Assembly: GCF_004010195.1 (NCBI RefSeq)
Contig: NC_057719.1
Coordinates: 51,237,135 to 51,257,134 of the forward strand
Source: Chiloscyllium plagiosum
Taxonomy: Eukaryota
Direction: 5' to 3'
DNA: 20,000 nucleotides
In this document: one piece after another, positions 13,385 through 20,000 of the stretch
How the letters are laid out: each line of letters opens with the position of its first letter
Numbering within the stretch: position 1 is the stretch's first letter
Notes under the pieces: generated by a model
Seen by the model: the letters and a program-made list of their open reading frames with translations, nothing else
Databases searched by the model: none
Told to the model about the DNA's origin: nothing
Program-made: the position numbers and the translations under genes

Positions 13385-14556
13385 CTAGGAATCCCAGAAT
13401 TCAGAAGTGTTACAGCACAAATGGCTGATAGTTGGCTATCTAATGAGCATTATAATTTAGTCTCACTCTCTTGTCTTTTCCCCATACTTTTGCATAATGT
13501 TTCATCTAATGCTTTCTTTAGTACTTCAGTTGAACCCACATTCATCACATTTCCAGAAGTTCATTCGGGACCGGAAACACTCACTGTTCTTTCTCACATT
13601 ACATTTGCTATGTTTACAAATCACTTTCCATCTGTGTCCTCTCATCTTGATGCCTTCATGAACAGGAACTGTGCTCCCCTATCAACTCTAGGTAGCCTCC
13701 TCATGATTTTGAAAACTTCTATCAGATCTTCTCCCAGCCTACTTTCCTCCAAGGAGAATGGTTCCAACTTCTCCAATCCATCTTCAAAATAAAGTTTCTC
13801 ATCGGCAGAACCATTTTTGTGAATTTCTTCTGCGCTCACTCCAATGAGTTTCTATCCTTCCCATAGTGTGGCACCTAAGACTGTACACAATACTCCAGGT
13901 GAGGTTGAACAAAACGTCTCATACAAGGTCAGCAAAACCTCCCTCGCTCTTGTACTGTATGTACTTATTAATGAAGTCCAGGATATTCTACTCCTTATTA
14001 GCTGCTCTCTCCAGCCACCTTCAGTGATTGATATACATATACACCCAGGTCCCTCTGTTCTTACAGCCCTTTAAAAATTGCAACCCCTGTTTTATATTGT
14101 TTGTCTTTTTCCTAGCAAAATATATTACCACATCTCTCTGCATTGAACTTCATCTGCCATGCATCTGCTCACTCTACCAACATGTCTATGTCCTTTTGGA
14201 TTTCTACACTGTCTTCCTCAAAGTTTACAATGCTTCCAATTTCTGTTTAATCCGCAATTTCATCTGAAATTGTCCCCTGCACACAAAGGCCTACATCTTT
14301 GTTATGTATCATGAAAAGCAAATGTCTCAATATCAGCCCCAGGGGAACTTCACTGTAAACCTTCCTTCAGCCTGAAAAATATCATTGTCTCTGCTTCTTA
14401 TCACTCAGCCAATTTTGTATTCACAATACTCCTGTCCTTTTTATTCCATGAGGTATATAACTTTTCCCACAAGTGCATTGTGTGTCACTGTATCAAATCC
14501 CTTTTGTACGTCCATGTACACCATATCAACAGCATTACCCTTATCGACCCAATCTG
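13385..14556 (-). mobile_element. CR1 (HER1-like) LINE, decayed ORF2 RT to 3' end
   Basis: ORF 13642..13839(-) LYFEDGLEKLEPFSLEESRLGEDLIEVFKIMRRLPRVDR matches the CR1 C-terminal motif LSYEERL..LGLFSLE.RRLRGDLIEV.KI. Positions 14440-14555(-) read TDWVDKGNAVDMVYMDVQKGFDTVTHNALVGK (RT 'D.VYLDF.KAFD.VPH' region). There are many stops and frameshifts. Confidence 0.88.
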
Positions 14557-14559
14557 TGA

Positions 14560-14810
14560 ATGTTAGTCCCCCTCTGTTTTTTATACTACCATCATTCCAG
14601 TGTATTCACTTGCGTATGCATTGGGAGTAATTCAGAAATTGCTACATTTGATGTCTTGTGTGCTTACTTTTTGCCTAGCTCCCTAAACTTTGCAGGACCA
14701 CATTCCCCTTCCTACTCAAGTCATTGGTTCCATTGTGAACTATATCTCTGGTTGTTTGTTCCCCTCAGAAGAATGTTCTACAGCCCATTTGTGACATCCA
14801 GTATTCCCTT
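14560..14810 (-). mobile_element. CR1 ORF1 SGNH/GDSL esterase-like domain remnant
   Basis: The minus strand reads ...DVTNGL*NILLRG.. QPEI /frameshift/ IVHNGTNDLSRKG, resembling the CR1 ORF1 esterase block V(V)HIGTNDIG. It has the same orientation as the adjacent ORF2 piece. Confidence 0.65.
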
Positions 14811-15531
14811 AACCTATTGCAGATTAGGAAAATAATATCACTGGATTGCGTAAGAACAGACAAATCAGAAGCAAGGGTAGATCATTTGACCTTTCAATGT
14901 TTGCTGGATGCTTAAATTTTGATCCTTTTAATAAGCTTTTTAAAAATCAAACGTTTAATTTGGTGCTCGGATGACGACATGATTAAAGAGGAAGACTGAC
15001 TGAGGGTTACTAATCATCTGCTCCTGTGACATTCTTCTTGGACATTCTTTCATTTTCTGTGCTATCTCCCTGTGCTAGATGTTGAATAGGTTTTAAGGTT
15101 GAAATTCTTTTGACCTTTTTTTAATGGTGACTGGCTGGCAGCACTCAGAGCAAGAGTCCTCCTTATCCTGTTTCCTTCTAATTGGCCATTGGCTAGTTGA
15201 CTTCCAACACTCATTGTTGTTCATCTTTTTACCTGCAATGCATGGGTGGCCAGTGGGTGGTTCTGCAATTGTGACCTTTACAGCATGCTAGCACTCGAAC
15301 ACAGACTATTGAACATCTAGCTCACATTGAAAGGTCAAATTATCTACTCTTGTGATCAGGAACATTTGTTACAGTAGTATGCGTCCTGTCCAACAAGAAA
15401 GAATGCACTGCTGGAATGAGGTGGGCCAAGTGTCAGTGGGAGATCTTTTAGGATGCAGTTATCATTGTATCATAGGGTTTAGGATGATGATAGCAAAGGA
15501 TATTAGATAATCTGAGTTTTGAATTCAGAAG

Positions 15532-15641
15532 GGGTTGATAAGGGCAATGCTGTTAGTATGGTGTACATGAACGTACTAAAGGGATTTCATACATTGACAC
15601 ACAATGCACTTGTGGGAAAAGTTATAACTCATGGAATAAAA
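15532..15641 (+). mobile_element. Short CR1 RT fragment, inverted counterpart of 14439-14550
   Basis: ORF 15519..15764 GVDKGNAVSMVYMNVLKGFHTLTHNALVGKVITHGIK. The nucleotide sequence is the reverse complement of 14439-14550, including an identical run tgacacacaatgcacttgtgggaaaagttata. Confidence 0.85.
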
Positions 15642-16309
15642 GCCAAGAATTTGAAAATGACTGTTCAACAATCAGCTTTCCACTATCTGCTCTACACAAA
15701 CCACTCAGAAGGATTGATTTGTATATCTTTTATATTTGTTTTGGGATTTCACGTTTATTCCTGAACTGTGTAAATGTGTGCTATTATTTTTCTTTTGTCA
15801 AGTCAAGGAAGCCTGGTTAAATTGTCTTTTTTAAAATATAAATGTAGTCAGTCTGGGAGAAAGGCACCCACAAGGGTGGAATCCTTTACAAGTTAAGCTT
15901 GCCGTAACTGACTGAGTAAATAAAATGAAGGGACAAGTAAATAAACAAGAGGAGCTGGTTCATCCATTCACACCCAGGGGCTTAATGATTTGGGGTATTT
16001 GTATGGAACCATTATAACTTGAGGAACTTCTCTCTTGGGGTCTGGTCATAATAACTTCAGCTCATTCCATTATCATGTCCTCGGGTATAGTAAAAGAACA
16101 AAATCAATTCTTTTTCATGTTATTTTTCTTCACACTATTTTCACCTTCATGTCACACTCTTCTATGCACACAGACTAGAGTTAGAGTGCATTTTCAAAGC
16201 TGTGGGAATTCTTTAGCACTTTGTATATATTTATTATTCATATGAGATCCTTGACATTCAGTCTCAACAGTTAGTCAATTTTGGAGGTTATTCTCAGCAG
16301 CTCTTATCA

Positions 16310-16335
16310 AACAGACACTTGCAACAGACACTTGC
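16310..16335. repeat. Short tandem duplication, 13-bp unit x2
   Basis: aacagacacttgc aacagacacttgc read directly. Confidence 0.75.
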
Positions 16336-16659
16336 CAGACAACAGTCTAGACTAGGAGCCCTGGTTAGTTTTTGCTTTAATAACTGAGGGGAGCAAAGGC
16401 TAATTCTATTACAGACCAAGGACGAAAATGAGGATAGAAACAGAAACCAATGGAAATGAACAGCAAATCAGGCAGTCATTATAGAAAGAGAGAAGTAGAG
16501 GAAATACATGGGATTTTAAAATGATAGCACATGACAAAATAGCAGGCTTACAAATGGGTCAAGAACTCTCTATCCAAGCAATGACATTAGCATCCTGCTT
16601 CTTGTTCCATAACCTATTAGGGAGGGTTGTCATAATTATCTGGCGGATTTGATAATGCA

Positions 16660-16670
16660 AGGAAGTCTAA
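16660..16670. repeat. Left target-site duplication of the Penelope-like insertion
   Basis: aggaagtctaa, identical to 17778-17788, immediately flanking the element. Confidence 0.9.
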
Positions 16671-16741
16671 AGTTTGTGCGAAGATTTGTAGCTCGGGTGC
16701 TCGTTGTTGTGGTTCTGTTCGCCGAGCTGGAAGTTTTTGTT

Positions 16742-16781
16742 GCAAACGTTTCGTCCCCTGGCTAGGCGACATCATCAGTGC
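16742..16781 (-). ncRNA. Minimal type I hammerhead ribozyme motif, intact core (PLE pLTR)
   Basis: Minus strand gca-CUGAUGA-u-GUCgCCU agcc AGGgGAC-GAAA-CG-UU^-ugc: the core boxes, stem II, palindromic ACGU stem III and a 3-bp stem I are present. Confidence 0.8.
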
Positions 16782-16991
16782 TTGGGAGCCTCCTGCGAAG
16801 TGCTTCTTTGATGTTTCCTCCGGTGTTTATAGTGGTCTGTCCCTGCCGCTTCCGGTTGTCAGTTAACAACTCCATCAACAAACACATCGACCTGGACCCA
16901 ATATACCAACCACTACAGCGGACAGCTGAAACTGACAACAGGAAGCGGCAGGGACAGACCACTATAAACACCGGAGAAAACATCAAAGAAG

Positions 16992-17175
16992 NNNNNNNNN
17001 NNNNNNNNNNNNNNNNNNNNNNNNNNNNNNNNNNNNNNNNNNNNNNNNNNNNNNNNNNNNNNNNNNNNNNNNNNNNNNNNNNNNNNNNNNNNNNNNNNNN
17101 NNNNNNNNNNNNNNNNNNNNNNNNNNNNNNNNNNNNNNNNNNNNNNNNNNNNNNNNNNNNNNNNNNNNNNNNNNN
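16992..17175. other. Assembly gap (184 N)
   Basis: Run of n characters inside the fold-back element. Confidence 0.99.
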
Positions 17176-17360
17176 GCGGGTATCCGTTTTTGGTGAATAC
17201 CTTGTATAGGTGTTCCTCTTCTTCTTTTTGCAGTTCTGATGTACTGCAGTGTGTAGTGGCCCTTTTGAATAGTGTCCTGATGCAGCTTCGTTTGTGTATG
17301 TTGGGGTGATTACTTTCATAGTTTAGGACTTGGTCTGTGTGTGTGGCTTTCCTGTATACC

Positions 17361-17404
17361 CTATTCAAAAGGGCACTATTCAAAAGGGCACTATTCAAAA
17401 GGGC
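17361..17404 (+). repeat. 15-bp tandem triplication at an inversion junction
   Basis: ctattcaaaagggca x2 plus ctattcaaaagggc (LFKRA x3 in frame), starting exactly where the strand switches. Confidence 0.95.
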
Positions 17405-17650
17405 CACAACACAGTGCAGTACATCAGAACTGCAAAAAGAAGCCACACACGCAGACAACAAGCAACATGAATTCGACTGGGACAACACTACTATCATAGG
17501 GCAAGCCAGACAGAGAACAGCCAGGGAATTCCTAGAGGCATGGCATTCATCCACAAACTCCATCAACAAACACATCGACCTGGACCCAATATACCAACCA
17601 CTACAGCGGACAGCTGAAACTGACAACCGGAAGCGGCAGGGACAGACCAC

Positions 17651-17656
17651 TATAAA
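17651..17656 (+). promoter_or_regulatory. Candidate TATA box in PLE pLTR
   Basis: TATAAA about 50 nt upstream of the HHR core, present in all three copies of this segment. Function is inferred only. Confidence 0.35.
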
Positions 17657-17700
17657 CACCGGAGGAAACATCAAAGAAGCGCTTCGCAGGAAGCTTCCTA

Positions 17701-17740
17701 GCACTGCTGATGTCGCCTAGCCAGGGGACGAAACATTTGC
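17701..17740 (+). ncRNA. Hammerhead motif with mutated core (probably inactive)
   Basis: gca-CUGcUGA-u-GUCGCCUAGCCAGGGGAC-GAAA-Ca-UU-ugc: compared with the left copy, A6 is C (17707) and the stem III G is A (17735). Confidence 0.7.
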
Positions 17741-17777
17741 AACAAAAACTTCCAGCTCGGCGAACAGAACCACAACG

Positions 17778-17788
17778 AGGAAGTCTAA
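17778..17788. repeat. Right target-site duplication of the Penelope-like insertion
   Basis: aggaagtctaa, identical to 16660-16670. Confidence 0.9.
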
Positions 17789-18599
17789 TCAAGGGAACCT
17801 TGACAAAGGTCACAATGGTTCAAATGGAGTAGGACTTTTGTGTTAGTTAATACCACAGAAATGGAAGAGTGACCTGAGAAATCTACTACCTGGGTCAATC
17901 TTACCTGGAGGAACCACTGCAGGATCTACAAGATTGAAGGCGAAGTTCAACCTTTCTAATCAAATGGAATTGATCGAGGGAGTTAGCAACAGCAAAGTGA
18001 TTCCTCTAAACTAGAAACTGTACATCAATAGGTTACAGGATGTATGATTGGTCAGTCGTACCACACTTTCAGATGACAAATGCCACACTCTTCTTCAACA
18101 TTCTCCTGCACAGCATCCTTCAGAACAACACATCTTGCAGCCACTGCTAATGGTGAACCATTGCTTAGGTTGAGTTGCAGGGAGAGGGTGCCTCGCAGCT
18201 CTGTGAAGCTCATACAGGAGTAAATGAGAGACCAAGGGGTGGAGGGGGTTGCAGAAATCTAGGGCGGCCATCACAATGCATCTGAAGCACCTTGCCAACA
18301 TTGCCATCAGATCCCCTCTCTATGAAATGCCCAACTAGGAGAGTCACCCAGGAGCCCATTGGGAGACTATCAGATTTCACTGGCCAGTCTGCCAACATAG
18401 CAATGGGCCTCATAGCCACTATCAAAATAACTGCGGGGATGGCCAGTGAGCATTAATTGGTTACTGAAATGGCTCATTTAGCCTCCTGGTGGATGGTTGA
18501 GTTGCCAAACTTCCCACCACTGATAAACCATTAGGAAATCTCTCACTGCTTTGGCGCTATTTCACCAACTTTCTCACATCCCAGCTGAACACCAAAAGG

Positions 18600-18706
18600 C
18601 CAGCCATTAACTCTGTTTGTCTCTTCACAGAATCTGCCTAACATGTTAATTTTTCTAACTTTTTTTGTTTTTACTTTCAAATTTGAAGCATTTGTAGTAT
18701 TTTACA
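18600..18706 (+). mobile_element. Old, degenerate relative of the HHR-tail element (ribozyme part lost)
   Basis: ttaactctgtttgtctcttcacagaatctgcctaacatgtt...ttcaaatttgaagcatttgtagt loosely parallels the reverse complement of 18809-18910 (gattctcctgctcttcagatgctgccagacctgct...tctgatctccagcacctgcagt). Confidence 0.45.
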
Positions 18707-18730
18707 TATGCACGAGACTGGATTTCCTGT

Positions 18731-19841
18731 CATAAGATGGGCGAGCAGAAGTAGGCCATTTGGCCCATCAATTCTGCTCTGCCATTTGATCAAGGCTGAT
18801 ATGTCTTTCAAGGAGATAGTGAGGACTGCAGGTGCTGGAGATCAGAATCAAAATGTGTGGTGCTGGAAAGCACAGCAGGTCTGGCAGCATCTGAAGAGCA
18901 GGAGAATCAATGTTTTGGGCATAAGCCCTTCATCAGGAATGAAATGTTTCTCAACCCTATTATTTTGCCTTCATCTCATAACCCTTGATTCTCTTACTAA
19001 TCAAGAACCAATCTATCTCTGTCTTAAGTACACTCAATGACTTGGCCTCCACAGCCTTCTGCAGCAATGAGTTCCATAGATTAATCGTGCTCTGGCTGAA
19101 GAAATTCTTCCCTATCTCAGTTCTAAAGTGTTAGCCCTTCACTGTGAGGCTGTGCCCTTAGGTCCTAGTCTCTCCTACTAATGGAAACATCTTATCCACA
19201 TCCACTCTATCCAAGCCTCTCAGTATTATGCAAGTTTCAATGAGATCCCACGTCCTCCTTCTGAACTCCATCAAGTACAGACCCAGAGTCCTCAACCACT
19301 TCTCATATGACAAGCATTTCCTTCCAAGGATCATTCTTATAAACTTCCTCTGGACTCCCTCCAATGCCAGCACACACTGTCTTAGATACCGGGGCCTAAA
19401 ACTGCTCAAGATAACGTGGGCTGACCAGAGCCTTACATCTCTGCTCTTGTATTCTAGCCCTCTTGAAATGAATACTAATATTGCATTTGCCTTCCAAACT
19501 GTTAACTGAACCTGCATGTTAACCTTAAGAGAATTCTGAACTAGGACTTGCAAGTCCCTTTGTGTAATATTTCTGAAGGCTTTCCCCATTTAGAATATAG
19601 TCTATGCCTCTATGCTTCCTATTAAAATGCATAACCTCATATTTTCCAACATTGTATTCCATCTGCCACTTGTTCCCTAGCCTACTCAAGTTGTTCTGCA
19701 GCCTTCCCGCTTCCTCAACACAACTTGCCTCTCCAACTATCTTTGTGTCATCTGCAAACTTAGCAACCATGCTCTCAGTTCCTTAGTCCAGATTGTTAAT
19801 GGGAATAGTTTTGATCCCAATACTGGCCCCTGTGGAAATCC
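18731..19841 (-). mobile_element. CR1 (HER1-like) LINE ORF2 3' half, interrupted by two short insertions
   Basis: 19813-19842(-) reads GFPQGPVLGS (GVPQGSVLGP motif). ORF 19525..19770 has VAKFADDTKI...WQMEYNVGKYEVMHF (RT catalytic FADD), and ORF 19158..19589 has LEGVQRKFIRMI...LSYEKWLRTLGLYLMEFRR..DLIET. The CR1-type 3' end cataag...agcagaagtaggccatttggcccatc starts at 18731. Confidence 0.93.
18808..18943 (-). mobile_element. Short HHR-bearing element (probable 3' pLTR tail of a second PLE family), decayed HHR at 18905-18940
   Basis: Collinear with 19842-19976. The minus strand reads auuc-CUGAUGA-a-GGGC uuau GCCC-aAAA-CaUu-gauu, with three changes at former CpG sites. It splits the CR1 3' UTR (ggctgatatgtctt | atgtttctcaacc). 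Confidence 0.8.
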
Positions 19842-20000
19842 TCAAGGAGAAAGTGAGGACTGCAGATGTTGGAGATCAGAGCTGAAAATGCGTTGCTGGA
19901 AAAGCGCAGCAGGTCAGGCAGCATCCAAGGAACAGGAGAATCGACGTTTCGGGCATAAGCCCTTCTTCAGGAATGAGGAAAGTGTGTCCAACAGGCTAAG
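19842..20000 (-). mobile_element. Younger copy of the same HHR-bearing element, running off the window end
   Basis: Starts tcaaggagaaagtgaggactgcagatgttggagatcaga like 18808 and retains its CpGs. It interrupts the CR1 RT at the PQG motif. Confidence 0.85.
19939..19974 (-). ncRNA. Minimal type I hammerhead ribozyme motif, intact core
   Basis: Minus strand auuc-CUGAAGA-a-GGGC uuau GCCC-GAAA-C-GUC^-gauu: perfect 4-bp stem II, canonical GUC cleavage triplet, ACGU palindromic stem III and a weak stem I. Confidence 0.85.

Larger units (their letters stand above)
16671..17777. mobile_element. Rearranged Penelope-like element (probably Poseidon clade) with inverted pLTR ends
   Basis: The RT-thumb remnant VYRKATHTDQVLNYESNHPNIHKRSCIRTLFKRATTHCS...FTKNGYP is at 17176-17360(-). 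The GIY-YIG C-terminal remnant HADNKQHEFDWDNTTIIGQARQRTAREFLEAWHSSTNSINK is at 17443-17720(+). It has 159-bp inverted arms (16706-16864 / 17618-17776), HHR motifs, an 11-bp TSD and an internal assembly gap. Confidence 0.92.

Noticed and set aside
13379..14835. Plus-strand ORFs of 76-137 aa
   Set aside because: They are antisense reading frames of the decayed CR1.
17361..17404. CRISPR-like repeat array
   Set aside because: Head-to-tail 15-mers without spacers in vertebrate DNA, derived from the PLE coding sequence.
16762..17704. Long ORFs of 143-263 aa in the ORF track
   Set aside because: They run through 184 N and across inversion junctions, so they are artefacts of the gap and rearranged PLE pieces rather than genes.
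16706..17776. DNA transposon/MITE interpretation of the terminal inverted repeats plus TSD
   Set aside because: The arms are PLE ORF-end/pLTR sequence with hammerheads, are asymmetric at the tips and enclose RT/GIY-YIG remnants rather than transposase.
18090..18580. GC-richer stretch with two short minus-strand ORFs
   Set aside because: Possibly an old non-autonomous repeat, but no termini, TSD or domain could be identified.

Overview
Non-coding, AT-rich vertebrate DNA, very probably from a shark (elasmobranch): it carries an HE1-type V-SINE with an (AGATT)n tail, a Deu-domain SINE and HER1/CR1-type LINE remnants. No host protein-coding exon could be supported, and the informative ORFs are decayed retroelement pieces. 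The main feature is a roughly 1.1 kb rearranged Penelope-like element (PLE) at 16671-17777, bounded by an exact 11-bp target-site duplication. It is built from nested fold-back inversions, contains RT-thumb and GIY-YIG C-terminal remnants, and ends in two outward-facing pLTR tails that each carry a minimal type I hammerhead ribozyme (HHR) motif; the left one is intact and the right one is core-mutated. A second, unrelated HHR-bearing short element is inserted twice into one CR1 copy (18808-18943 and 19842-20000), giving four HHR motifs in 3.2 kb. Repeat family names are from recognition of motifs, not database searches.
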